64,000 bases of DNA from Candidatus Fervidifonticultor quartus (GCA_031458775.1 JAVKJV010000008.1:3823-67822); one strand, 5' to 3'. Shown: positions 1-8,370, counted from the stretch's first letter. Notes: generated by a model from the letters alone, not told the origin. Numbers and translations: made by a program.

Positions 1-49
1 CCGTCGTCTTCCCGACGCCGCCTTTGCCGGTGAAGAGCAGCACCCGCAT
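1..49 (-). CDS. ArsA/GET3-family ATPase, N-terminal fragment (runs off window)
   Basis: Reverse strand from ATG at 49 reads MRVLLFTGKGGVGKTT, the deviant Walker A typical of ArsA-family ATPases; too short for the ORF track. Confidence 0.85.
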   Translation of the reverse strand, partial: MRVLLFTGKGGVGKTT

Positions 50-54
50 GCGGG

Positions 55-276
55 CTACTTCACCTTCACGCGTCGGGACCGGCGGGCCGGCGGCACACCC
101 TCCAGACGGCTCAGCGCGCCGTCGATCGTCGAGCGAACCGCGAGGAGCAGTTCCCGGCGCGCCGCGGCGAGATGCCCGCGCACGTCGGCGGGGACGGCGT
201 GCTCCACCGCCTCCCAGAAGCGCTCCTCGGCTTCGGCGAGCGCCTTGAAGGGACGTGCGGCGCGTCGTGCAGCCAT
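55..276 (-). CDS. Small helical hypothetical protein (73 aa) upstream of the ArsA-like gene
   Basis: ATG at 276 preceded by strong RBS GGAGGTGA; MAARRAARPF...VRGHLAAARRELLLAVR; stop 5 nt before ArsA start. Confidence 0.7.
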   Translation of the reverse strand: MAARRAARPFKALAEAEERFWEAVEHAVPADVRGHLAAARRELLLAVRSTIDGALSRLEGVPPARRSRRVKVK

Positions 277-308
277 GGTCCTCACCTCCCTGTGGTTGGG
301 TGTCCTGT

Positions 309-959
309 TCACGCCTGTGGCTCGGCGACCGGTGGCGACGCCGTGGCGCCGGCCAGCCTGCGGTACGCAAACGCGGCCGCGACGAGTGCCGTTGGCGCGG
401 CCCACAACAAGCCGATCACCAAGGCCAGGGCCCCGAGCACGATGATACCCAAGAGGACCAGACCAAGCAGAAACAGGCGCCACCGTGCGCCCTGGGTGAG
501 CTCAGCGCTGGCGCGCAGGGCGTCCATCGGGCCCAGCCCCCGGTCAACCACAAGGTACGTGGACAGGCTGTAGCGCACCGCCAGGATGACACCCGGCACG
601 ACCAGGAGGACCAGCCCGACGGCGACGATGATCGCGTAGAGCAGGCCCGTCAGCAGGTACTTGAAGAACAGCGGATATCCTGACCACAGGTCGGCGAGCT
701 CCGGCGTCAGGCCGTCGGCGAACTTGATGGAGATTCGCGTGTACCCGATCCCGAGCACCTGTCCGACGACGATGCTCGCCAGACCGAAGAGGAACGACAG
801 GAACGGCGCGGTCTTCTTGGTGGCTGCCTGCACACCGTCGACCACTCCGGCGACAACGAGACTGATGATGATGACCAGCACAAAGAAACCGATATGACGC
901 TTCGCCACATCCCAACCGAACCGCACAGCCTCGCCGACGGAGAACCTGGGCGTATCCAC
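309..959 (-). CDS. Integral membrane protein, DUF975-like
   Basis: Several hydrophobic segments; family-like motifs LLVVPGVILAVRYSL and ALRASAELTQG; start uncertain (959 or 977). Confidence 0.7.
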   Translation of the reverse strand: MDTPRFSVGEAVRFGWDVAKRHIGFFVLVIIISLVVAGVVDGVQAATKKTAPFLSFLFGLASIVVGQVLGIGYTRISIKFADGLTPELADLWSGYPLFFKYLLTGLLYAIIVAVGLVLLVVPGVILAVRYSLSTYLVVDRGLGPMDALRASAELTQGARWRLFLLGLVLLGIIVLGALALVIGLLWAAPTALVAAAFAYRRLAGATASPPVAEPQA

Positions 960-985
960 GGCGCCATCCCCCCTCACCGAGGCTT

Positions 986-1801
986 TTAGCGACGCGGGGC
1001 GACTCTCCTGTAGCCGGACAGCGAGGCGAGCCCGAACAGCGCCAGCGCGGCAAACACGATCGCGCCGCCGGCGGCGATGTTCAGATAGAACGACGTCACC
1101 ATCCCGACCAGCACCGCGGTCAGCGAACAGAGCACCGCGATGACGAGTGTTTCGTGGAAGCTGCGCGCCAGCCGCAGGGCCGTCAGCGCCGGGATCACCA
1201 GCAGCGCACTGGTGAGCAGGATCCCCACGATCCGCATTGCGACGACCACCGTGACGGCGACGAGCGTTGTCAGCATCAGGTTGAGCGCATCGACCGGCAC
1301 GCCCTGGACGCGGGCACCCTCCTCGTCGAACGCAATCGCGAACAGTTCCTTGTAGAGCAGCACGACGTGGGCCAGCACCACCAGCCCGAGCACCAGAATG
1401 ACCCAGAGATCGCGAGGCTGCACCACCGTGATGGCGCCGAACAGATACGAGAACAGGTCCACGTTGAATCCATTGGCCAGGCTGATCAGGACCACCGCCA
1501 CGGCGAACCCGCCCGACAGGAAGACGGCGAGCGCGGCTTCGCCGAAGAGCCGACCCGAGACCCGGAGCCGCTCGATACCCACGGCGCCCGCGAGCACGGC
1601 GGCCAGCGCGCCGGCGATGGGATAGGTCTTCAGGAGGATGCCGGCGGCGACGCCGGCGAGCGCCACGTGCGACAGCGTGTCGGCGATCAGGCTGAGTCGC
1701 CGCAGCACGATGAAGACGCCGATGAGCGGGGCGATGGTACCGATCATCACGCCGGCGAGCAGCGCCCGCTGCATGAACCCGTACTGCAGGATCTCCGGCA
1801 T
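986..1801 (-). CDS. znuB: Metal (Zn/Mn) ABC transporter permease
   Basis: FMQRALLAG, DTLSHVALAG, FDEEGARVQG, ALLVIPA motifs of the ABC-3 permease family. Confidence 0.9.
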   Translation of the reverse strand: MPEILQYGFMQRALLAGVMIGTIAPLIGVFIVLRRLSLIADTLSHVALAGVAAGILLKTYPIAGALAAVLAGAVGIERLRVSGRLFGEAALAVFLSGGFAVAVVLISLANGFNVDLFSYLFGAITVVQPRDLWVILVLGLVVLAHVVLLYKELFAIAFDEEGARVQGVPVDALNLMLTTLVAVTVVVAMRIVGILLTSALLVIPALTALRLARSFHETLVIAVLCSLTAVLVGMVTSFYLNIAAGGAIVFAALALFGLASLSGYRRVAPRR

Positions 1802-1806
1802 GGCCG

Positions 1807-2541
1807 CTAGTGGCGATGGGTCACGATCAGGCTCTCGGCACGGTACATCTGCGCGACCGCGCCGCACCGGATGGCCTCGTCGGGACTGCCGTGAAAGACG
1901 AGCGTCCGGTTGAGGCACGCGATCTGGGTCACCTCTTTGGCGATGACCGCGACATCGTGCGAGACGAGCACCAGCGTCGTGCCCATCTCACGGTTGAGAC
2001 GCCGGAGCAGACTGTAGAACTGCTCCTGCGCCTCGGGATCCACGCCGACGGTCGGTTCGTCGAGCACCAGCAGCTCGGGGTGGTTCGCCAGAGCGCGGGC
2101 GATGAAGACCCGCTGCTGCTGTCCGGCCGAGAGCCGCCCGATGAGGCGGTCGCGAAAGTCGGCCATCCCGACCGTCTCCAGCGCCTCCAGACCCGCTCGG
2201 TGGTCCGCCGGCCCGAACGGCCGGCCCAGACCGGTGCGGCCGACGCGGCCGCTCAACACGACCTCGGCCACCGTGGCCGGGAAGCGCGACTCGAACGCCA
2301 CGGCTTTCTGCGGGACGTACCCGATGCGGTGCCAGTCGCGGAAGTCGCGGACGTCGATCCCGAAGAGCCGGACGTGCCCGCACTCCGACCGGGCCAGCCC
2401 GAGCATGATTCGCAGCAGCGTGGTCTTCCCGGACCCGTTCGGGCCGATAATGCCCAGGAAGTCACCGGGCTGAATCGTCAGGCTGACCTCATGGAGCACC
2501 TGCTCGCCGCCGTAGCTGAAGCACACGTGCTCCATGGCCAC
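1807..2541 (-). CDS. znuC: Metal ABC transporter ATP-binding protein
   Basis: Walker A GPNGSGKTT, GYVPQ, signature LSAGQQQR, LDEP, SHD; start placed after the znuA stop. Confidence 0.9.
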   Translation of the reverse strand: MAMEHVCFSYGGEQVLHEVSLTIQPGDFLGIIGPNGSGKTTLLRIMLGLARSECGHVRLFGIDVRDFRDWHRIGYVPQKAVAFESRFPATVAEVVLSGRVGRTGLGRPFGPADHRAGLEALETVGMADFRDRLIGRLSAGQQQRVFIARALANHPELLVLDEPTVGVDPEAQEQFYSLLRRLNREMGTTLVLVSHDVAVIAKEVTQIACLNRTLVFHGSPDEAIRCGAVAQMYRAESLIVTHRH

Positions 2542-2554
2542 GAGCGGCGTGTGG

Positions 2555-3478
2555 CTAGCGGCACTCGAGACCGTCGGCGAGGTGTCGAAGGTTCTCATGC
2601 ATCACCGTGAAATAGGTGGTGCCCGCCGCCTGCTCGTCGCGCGTCAGGCCTTCCACCGGATTGAGGACCAGCGTCCGCGCCCCGACCTCGCGCGCGATGG
2701 TCTGGGCCACCTTCGGGCTCGCAAGCGTCTCGAAGTAGATCGCACGCACGCGGTGCGTGCGCACCTCGCGCAGCACCGCGCGCAGCCGGGCGGGCGCGGG
2801 TTCGACCTCCGGGGAGAGGCCCGTGATCGGGATCAGCCGGAGACCGTAGCGGTTGGCAAAGTACTGGAACGCGGCGTGCGCGGTCACGAGCGTTGTCGAG
2901 CGGCAGTTCTTGAGGGTCTCGGCGGCGCGCCGGTGCAGCGCGGCGAGATCGGCGCGCAGCACGGCCGCGTTGGCCTCGTAGGTCCTCCGCCGTTCGGGAT
3001 CGACCTTCACGAACGCGGCCAGGATGCGGTCAACCTGACGCTGCGCCAGGACCGGGTCGACCCACACGTGCGGATCGGCCGCATCGCGGTCCTCGATTCC
3101 CCGCAAGAGTGGGAGGCCCTCGGTGGTCTCCACACGCTCGACCGCGGCCGGGAGCGCGGGCAACAATTTCTCGATCCACGGCTCGAACCCGGCGCCGTTG
3201 TAGATGAGCACCCCGGAGGCGTAAAGGGCCGCGACGTCGCGCGGCGAGGGCTCGAAGTCGTGCGGCGCGGCGCCGGCCGGGACCAGGTTCCGCACCGCGA
3301 TGGCATCTCCGCCGACGCGCGCCGCGAACTCATACAGCGGATAGAATGACGCGACGACCGAGACCCGCCGACCTGTCGGCGGCGATGGCGCGGGGCCCGG
3401 CTCCGCATCCGGGCGCAGCAATGCGCATCCTCCGGCCAGCCAGGCGGCCATCACGGTGAGCGCAAGGACGCGGATCAT
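2555..3478 (-). CDS. znuA: Zinc ABC transporter substrate-binding lipoprotein
   Basis: Lipobox-like LAGGC; PHDFEP, DPHVW, HAAFQYF, LNPVEGL of cluster A-I binding proteins. Confidence 0.9.
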   Translation of the reverse strand: MIRVLALTVMAAWLAGGCALLRPDAEPGPAPSPPTGRRVSVVASFYPLYEFAARVGGDAIAVRNLVPAGAAPHDFEPSPRDVAALYASGVLIYNGAGFEPWIEKLLPALPAAVERVETTEGLPLLRGIEDRDAADPHVWVDPVLAQRQVDRILAAFVKVDPERRRTYEANAAVLRADLAALHRRAAETLKNCRSTTLVTAHAAFQYFANRYGLRLIPITGLSPEVEPAPARLRAVLREVRTHRVRAIYFETLASPKVAQTIAREVGARTLVLNPVEGLTRDEQAAGTTYFTVMHENLRHLADGLECR

Positions 3479-3936
3479 GCGGCCACCTTGCGGCGCCGGC
3501 TCACCCGGCGCGCGCCCCGTGATGCGACACCGCGGCGGTCGACCGACTGCCGGCACCGCGCGCAGTACCCGAATACTTCGAGTTGATGCCCGGTGACCAC
3601 AAACCCGGACATCCGGCGCGGGGCCCCGATCACGAGGCACCGCTCGAGCGGCCGCCACGCGCCGCAGCCCAGGCAGACCAGGTGATCGTGGTGCTTGGCC
3701 GCCAGGCCGTACCGGACCCTGCCGTCACCGACGTGCGCCGGCTCGACGAGCCCCTCGCGCACGAAGGCATCAAGCGCGCGATAGATGGTCGCCAGCCCGA
3801 TCGGCCGCGGGCCGCGCCGCAGGCGGCGGTACAGATCTTCGGCGGTGAGATGACACGACGCGGCCTCGATGGCGGCCAGGATCGCGCCGCGCTGCCGGGT
3901 GTTGCGCTGACGAACAACGGGATGACGCACGGACAA
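3475..3936 (-). CDS. zur: Fur-family transcriptional regulator, probably Zur
   Basis: TRQR..IL, HLTAEDLY, GLATIYRAL, HHDHLVCxxC and C-terminal CxxC; first gene of the znu operon. Confidence 0.8.
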   Translation of the reverse strand: MSVRHPVVRQRNTRQRGAILAAIEAASCHLTAEDLYRRLRRGPRPIGLATIYRALDAFVREGLVEPAHVGDGRVRYGLAAKHHDHLVCLGCGAWRPLERCLVIGAPRRMSGFVVTGHQLEVFGYCARCRQSVDRRGVASRGARRVSRRRKVAA

Positions 3937-3952
3937 ACACCCGCTGCCTCGT

Positions 3953-3973
3953 TATTGAGAACTATTATCGAGA
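3953..3973. promoter_or_regulatory. Putative Zur/Fur operator
   Basis: AT-rich imperfect palindrome TATTGAGAAC-T-ATTATCGAGA (minus strand CGATAAT-A-GTTCTCA, 7-1-7 type) between promoter and zur start. Confidence 0.7.
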
Positions 3974-3983
3974 TGCAAAATCC

Positions 3984-4012
3984 AGCGTAGCGCCCGGGGG
4001 CGGCGTTGTCAA
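3984..4012 (-). promoter_or_regulatory. Sigma70-type promoter of the zur-znu operon
   Basis: TTGACA (4012-4007), 17 nt, TACGCT (3989-3984). Confidence 0.75.
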
Positions 4013-4027
4013 TGGATACCTCGCCGG

Positions 4028-4819
4028 TCAGCGCAGATAACCGATGGCGAGCACGACGATCAGCAGCACGCCGTAGGCGAGTTCCTGGACGCCGACCACC
4101 GCGGGGCGTACGATCGGCCGGCCGGGCAAGAGTCCGTACACCGCCCGGACGAGCAGCACTGCGAACGCGGGCACCGCGATCCACGGCACGAGGTGCACGG
4201 CCGTAAGCGCACCGACGACGACCAGGCCGGCGGCATGGGCGAGCAGGGGCGGCGTCGCCGGCGCCGACACCCCCCGCATCTGCCGCAGCCGGGCACGCAC
4301 GTACAGAATGGCGGGCGCCGCCCGCGCCATTAGGACCACCCACAGCGCGACGGCCGGCGCCGGCGTCCATCCGCCGGCCAGGGCGATCGCGGGCGCCATC
4401 ATGCTCAGCGCCGCGGCACCGGTCAGCTCCGGAGCCAGGCGCCGCTGCTGGTTGCGGAGGTCGTACCCGAATTGGACCAGCACCAGCGACACGGCCGCGA
4501 GCAGCGCTACCGTCGCCGCCGCACCGGCCGTACGCAGCGCCAGGACGAGCGCGAGAAGCGCGACGGCGCCATGGAGCAGCGCGAAACGCTCGGCAAGGAT
4601 CGTACGGGGGTAGCGGACACGCCGTCGCCGATCGGCGAGCGCGATCTTCAACGGCTGGCGGGTGAGGAAGCCGGCGATCGCGGCCAACCCCAGGAAGAGA
4701 CCGGTCTGACTCGGCGCCACGGCGAGCCCGAGGGCGATCGGCTCCAGCAGCAGGCCCCAGCCGCCGTGCTCGGTCGGCAACGCGATGAGACGCAGGCGAG
4801 GCCCGACCGTTGCCCCCAC
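4028..4819 (-). CDS. YwiC-like membrane protein
   Basis: N-terminal LPTEHGGWGLL and C-terminal VGVQE motifs, many TM helices; start uncertain. Confidence 0.8.
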   Translation of the reverse strand: MGATVGPRLRLIALPTEHGGWGLLLEPIALGLAVAPSQTGLFLGLAAIAGFLTRQPLKIALADRRRRVRYPRTILAERFALLHGAVALLALVLALRTAGAAATVALLAAVSLVLVQFGYDLRNQQRRLAPELTGAAALSMMAPAIALAGGWTPAPAVALWVVLMARAAPAILYVRARLRQMRGVSAPATPPLLAHAAGLVVVGALTAVHLVPWIAVPAFAVLLVRAVYGLLPGRPIVRPAVVGVQELAYGVLLIVVLAIGYLR

Positions 4820-4947
4820 GTTGGCTCGCTCAAGCGGTGGTTCGTGAGTCGCGCGACGCACAGACGGGGGTGTTCGCCGCGGGCATTTGGTATCCTGGGA
4901 TACGGACGGAGTGGCGCGCACGCGCTGCGCACCCCGCTGCCGCGACC

Positions 4948-5289
4948 ATGCACGGGCGATCTCCACTGACAAGACGTGCCGGACTGTGCGCGCTCGCCGT
5001 GTGCCTGGCGCTCGGGCCGCTGCACCTCATCAGCCTGGCGCCTTGTGTCGTGCTGTGGCCGGTCGCCACATCTGTGACCGCCGTGCATGAGACTCGGGCG
5101 GTCGCGGTCAGTCGGACCGACACCGGCGGCACGACCGGCGTGGCGCTCTCGGATCAGACGCCCGCGTCCGCGGCCAAACCCGGCCCCCCGGAACCCTCAC
5201 CGTCCGGCCCCGGGGCGTGGCCAGCGATCCCGCACCTCGGCCTGTCAATCACGATCCCCGTTCCGGACCCACCGCCGCGAGCGACCTGA
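4948..5289 (+). CDS. Hypothetical leader-type protein (113 aa) with signal-like N-terminus and C-terminal DPPPR
   Basis: ATG 4948, hydrophobic N-terminus with Cys/His, low-complexity middle, ends PVPDPPPRAT; extended -10 TGGTATCCT at 4888-4896. Confidence 0.55.
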   Translation: MHGRSPLTRRAGLCALAVCLALGPLHLISLAPCVVLWPVATSVTAVHETRAVAVSRTDTGGTTGVALSDQTPASAAKPGPPEPSPSGPGAWPAIPHLGLSITIPVPDPPPRAT

Positions 5290-5325
5290 GCGCTGTCGCA
5301 GTTCGTCATCGCGAGGGAGGCTCAC

Positions 5326-5898
5326 ATGCGACGGTGGATCGCAGCCATCATCTTTGTTGTGCTTGCCGCGTCGTGCCAGCGGGTCTCGTTCCGCGGGAAG
5401 GCGCTGGAAACCCCCCGGCCGGTCCCGGGGTTTGCGCTCATCGATCAGCACGGACAGGCGTTCACGTTCACCGACCAGCGGGGCCGAGTCGTTCTGGTCT
5501 TCTTCGGCTATACGCGCTGTCCCGACGTGTGCCCGTTCACACTGGCGACGTTCAGAGACGTGGCCAGGCAACTCGGTCCCGAGGCCGCCCGGGTGCGCTT
5601 TGTCTTCGTGACCGTGGATCCCGAACAGGACACGCCCGCGTTTCTGAACCGCTACATGCGGCTGTTCCATCCGGACTTCGTGGGACTGACGGGCACGCCG
5701 GAGGCGCTGAAGCCGGTCTACGCGTTCTTCGGCGCGTCGTTCCGAAGGGTCAAGGTGCCCAACAGCGCCGTCGGATACCTGATGGCGCACTCGGTGAACG
5801 TCGCGGTTATCGATCGTGACGGCCGATGGCGCGTGAACCTCGACCACAACGCGCCAGCCGCGGACATGCTGCACGATATTCGGCAACTGCTGCGGTGA
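5326..5898 (+). CDS. SCO family copper chaperone (lipoprotein)
   Basis: Lipobox LAASC, FGYTRCPDVCP (CxxxC), TVDPEQD, conserved His (MAHS); RBS GGAGG. Confidence 0.93.
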   Translation: MRRWIAAIIFVVLAASCQRVSFRGKALETPRPVPGFALIDQHGQAFTFTDQRGRVVLVFFGYTRCPDVCPFTLATFRDVARQLGPEAARVRFVFVTVDPEQDTPAFLNRYMRLFHPDFVGLTGTPEALKPVYAFFGASFRRVKVPNSAVGYLMAHSVNVAVIDRDGRWRVNLDHNAPAADMLHDIRQLLR

Positions 5899-5947
5899 CA
5901 TCCACGCCAAAGTGCACAAGACGATGATGACAGAAGGGGTGAGCGGC

Positions 5948-6448
5948 ATGCGCAGGCAGCACAACACGCGACGATGGGCCGCCGCCGGCCTCGTCGCCCT
6001 CAGTCTCACGGCGACGTGGGCGGTGACGGTTCAGGGACAGACGAGAATCAGGGTCGAGCAGGTCTGGGCCCGCCCAGGGCTGGCCGCGGCAGCGCCGTCC
6101 TCGAGCGCGGCGCACGGGCCAATGAGCGGGGGCAACTCCGCGGTCTACATGATCCTCCACAACGACGGCGATGCGCCCGACCGATTGACCGACGCCGAGA
6201 CCGACGTAGCGGCGAGCGTGGAACTGCACGAGACGCGCGTCGAGGGCGGCATGGGACAGATGTTCCGCGTCCCCAGCATCGTGGTCCCGGCACGCGGCCG
6301 CGTCGAGCTGAAGCCGGGCGGCCTGCACATCATGCTCATCGGACTCCGCCGTGACCTCAAGGTGGGGGAACGGTTCCAGGTCGTCCTGGTGCTCGAGCGG
6401 GCGGGCCGGGTGCCCACGACCGCGGAGGTGCGGATGTCCGCGCCGTAG
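5948..6448 (+). CDS. PCu(A)C copper chaperone
   Basis: WAR, SAVYM, VELHET..M..M, LKPGGLHIMLIGL. Confidence 0.92.
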   Translation: MRRQHNTRRWAAAGLVALSLTATWAVTVQGQTRIRVEQVWARPGLAAAAPSSSAAHGPMSGGNSAVYMILHNDGDAPDRLTDAETDVAASVELHETRVEGGMGQMFRVPSIVVPARGRVELKPGGLHIMLIGLRRDLKVGERFQVVLVLERAGRVPTTAEVRMSAP

Positions 6449-6458
6449 GCCGGACGGT

Positions 6459-7337
6459 CTACTGGCTGCAGCGCGCCGTACCGATATCGCGGAACGACTT
6501 GCCGGCTTCGGGGATGAACTCCCACGCGTAGCCCGCCGCCTCAAGCTCGAGCCGGAGCACGCCAAACGTGCCGGACTGGCGGACTTCGCTGTGCGCGGCG
6601 AGCGTGCGAAACGGGTAGTGACTGCGGCCGCCGGTGCCGATGACGAACTGCCTCACACCACGGTGGGGGTCGAGGCGGCCCTGGGCGTCCATCGGCGCGA
6701 AGCGTTCGTAGAGATGGTCGTGCCCTGTCAGCGCGACGTCCACGCCGGCCGACGCCAGCACCTGCCACATCGCCTGCAGTGCCGGATCGCTCCCGTGCAG
6801 GCCCGAGCTGAAGCGAGGATGGTGCCAGTACGCGACGGTGCACGCGGCGCGGCTCCTGTCCAGGTCCCGCCGCAGCCACTGCATCTGCGGCGAATCGGGG
6901 CCGCAGCCGATGAGCCGGCAGTTGCTGTTCAGGACGATGACGTGCCAGGAGCCGAGGTCGTAACTGTAGTAGCCGAGCCCCGGCTCGCCGGCCGCGGCGC
7001 CGAAGTAGCGGAAGTAGCCGGCCGCGCCGGGCGTGTAGTACTCGTGATTGCCAACCGACGGCCGCGTGCGCGCGCGGTGCCGTCCCCACGACGGATGGTA
7101 GCAGTTGGCGAACTCGTCATCGGTGCCGCGCTCGTAGACGTTGTCTCCGGTGGTGAACACCGTACCGTCGATCGCGTCGAGAAGGCGGGCTGTGGCTTCA
7201 TCACCGGGGCTCTGGCAGCTCGCGATGTCTCCGGCGCCAACCAGTACGGCCGGCGTCTGCGCATGCAGCGCGCCGCGACGCGATCCGGGAGGGAACATAC
7301 CGGCGAGCAGTATTGCGGCAACGACGACGCTCGCCAT
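6459..7337 (-). CDS. Secreted calcineurin-like metallophosphoesterase (purple acid phosphatase-like)
   Basis: GAGDIA, GDNVY, GNHEY, WHHP, GHDHLYER; signal-like N-terminus. The longer 639-aa ORF extension is not credible. Confidence 0.88.
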   Translation of the reverse strand: MASVVVAAILLAGMFPPGSRRGALHAQTPAVLVGAGDIASCQSPGDEATARLLDAIDGTVFTTGDNVYERGTDDEFANCYHPSWGRHRARTRPSVGNHEYYTPGAAGYFRYFGAAAGEPGLGYYSYDLGSWHVIVLNSNCRLIGCGPDSPQMQWLRRDLDRSRAACTVAYWHHPRFSSGLHGSDPALQAMWQVLASAGVDVALTGHDHLYERFAPMDAQGRLDPHRGVRQFVIGTGGRSHYPFRTLAAHSEVRQSGTFGVLRLELEAAGYAWEFIPEAGKSFRDIGTARCSQ

Positions 7338-7341
7338 CGGC

Positions 7342-7507
7342 AAAAAGAAAAACCTGACGCGACCGGGCCGGGGAAGGCAGATGGGGATGCGACGGTGCGC
7401 CTCAGTTGCCCGCTGGGCGCCGCGGGAAATCCCACGTCGCTGGTCGCCAGACGCCGTGCCGGATTCGGCGGCTGGCGGGTTCTCCCCCGGGGTCCCGGCC
7501 GCGTCAG
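7342..7507 (-). ncRNA. Unidentified structured RNA (about 155 nt) closed by a long stem and followed by a U-tract
   Basis: CUGACGCGGCCGGG pairs with CCCGGUCGCGUCAG, then CCGGGGGAG/CUUCCCCGG; internal hairpins at 7445-7477 and 7397-7420; most stem mismatches are G-U on the minus strand; followed by UUUUUCUUUUU. Confidence 0.55.
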
Positions 7508-7555
7508 ATCTGCACGCGACAGGACTGGTGGCAAGCCGTCCGACGGGCGCCCCGG

Positions 7556-7590
7556 AGAAAGAAAACGCGAGCGCGATTGGAAGCACTCGC
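7556..7590 (-). terminator. Intrinsic terminator, expression platform of the riboswitch
   Basis: GCGAGUGC-loop-GCGCUCGC stem followed by GUUUUCUUUCU. Confidence 0.8.
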
Positions 7591-7604
7591 CCTCGCTTGT
7601 GCTT

Positions 7605-7689
7605 CCTCTTCGGCAGCCCGGCTGACCACGTTGTGCGTGGTCCCGCAGCTTTGCGTCCCCGGATTGCTCCGGGTTTGCCCGTTCGGAGG
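7605..7689 (-). ncRNA. Cyclic di-GMP-I (GEMM) riboswitch
   Basis: Minus strand GGGCAAACCCGGA-GCAA-UCCGGGGACGCAAAGCUGCGGGACC...GGUCAGCCGGGCUGCCGAAG matches the GEMM-I consensus with GNRA loop; G at the position equivalent to G20. Confidence 0.9.
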
Positions 7690-7715
7690 GTTCCTCTCCC
7701 TATTCGATTATTTTC

Positions 7716-7744
7716 ACCATACACCATGATCGTCATTCTGGCAA
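7716..7744 (-). promoter_or_regulatory. Sigma70-type promoter driving the riboswitch leader
   Basis: TTGCCA (7744-7739), 17 nt, TATGGT (7721-7716) in an AT-rich patch. Confidence 0.7.
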
Positions 7745-7953
7745 CAAGAAGTTTGCCGGCCCGACCTTGTGCAGCGACGAGTCGAGAAATCTGATGGCGA
7801 TTTCCGGGAGTATCATCGCAGGAATGTGTTGTGCGTCTGAGGCCGCAGCCGTCCGGGCACGGTAGTCCCTGCCATGATACCGTCTGGCCCGCGTCACCTA
7901 CCAGCCCGACCGTGCACACCCGCCGACGGTCGGGCACCGGGAGGAAGTACCAC

Positions 7954-8370
7954 GTGGCGATACGAACTCGGCTAGCAATGGCGCGCGCCGGTGTGCTGTT
8001 GCTGGTCATCGCGCTGGCCACATCGGCGTGCGGCGGGCCGGTGCCCGGTGCACGCCCGCGACCCAAGCGCGAGGTCGTCCGGTCGACGCCCGGGCCGAGC
8101 ACACCGGTCGTCATCGAGATCTTCGGCACCCCGGGCACCAGGTTCGGTGGATCGTACGGGGAGATCGACGCCGCCAAGAGCGTCGAGGGCGCGGTGCCGG
8201 CGCGCCTGACGTTCGAGTTCCGGCGGGCCTTCTCGATTGCGCTGCAGAAGCGCGTGCCCGTCGGCGAACTTGGAATGCAGGTCATGGTGGGGGGCAAGCC
8301 CGTGGGACGGGTCAGCACGACGAAAGCGTTTGGGGTCATCACGTACAAGCACGGCATCTCGTCCCCATGA
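7954..8370 (+). CDS. Hypothetical lipoprotein
   Basis: RBS GGAGG before GTG 7954; hydrophobic signal ending ATSAC; beta-rich mature domain. Confidence 0.7.
   Translation: MAIRTRLAMARAGVLLLVIALATSACGGPVPGARPRPKREVVRSTPGPSTPVVIEIFGTPGTRFGGSYGEIDAAKSVEGAVPARLTFEFRRAFSIALQKRVPVGELGMQVMVGGKPVGRVSTTKAFGVITYKHGISSP

Noticed and set aside
7354-7507. Assigning the structured element to c-di-AMP, cobalamin, ZTP or 6S families
   Set aside because: Only short fragments resemble each (GCCGAAUCC, GAACCCGCCAGC, GAAUCCGGCACGG) and order or core motifs do not fit; 6S is not excluded but cannot be supported by eye
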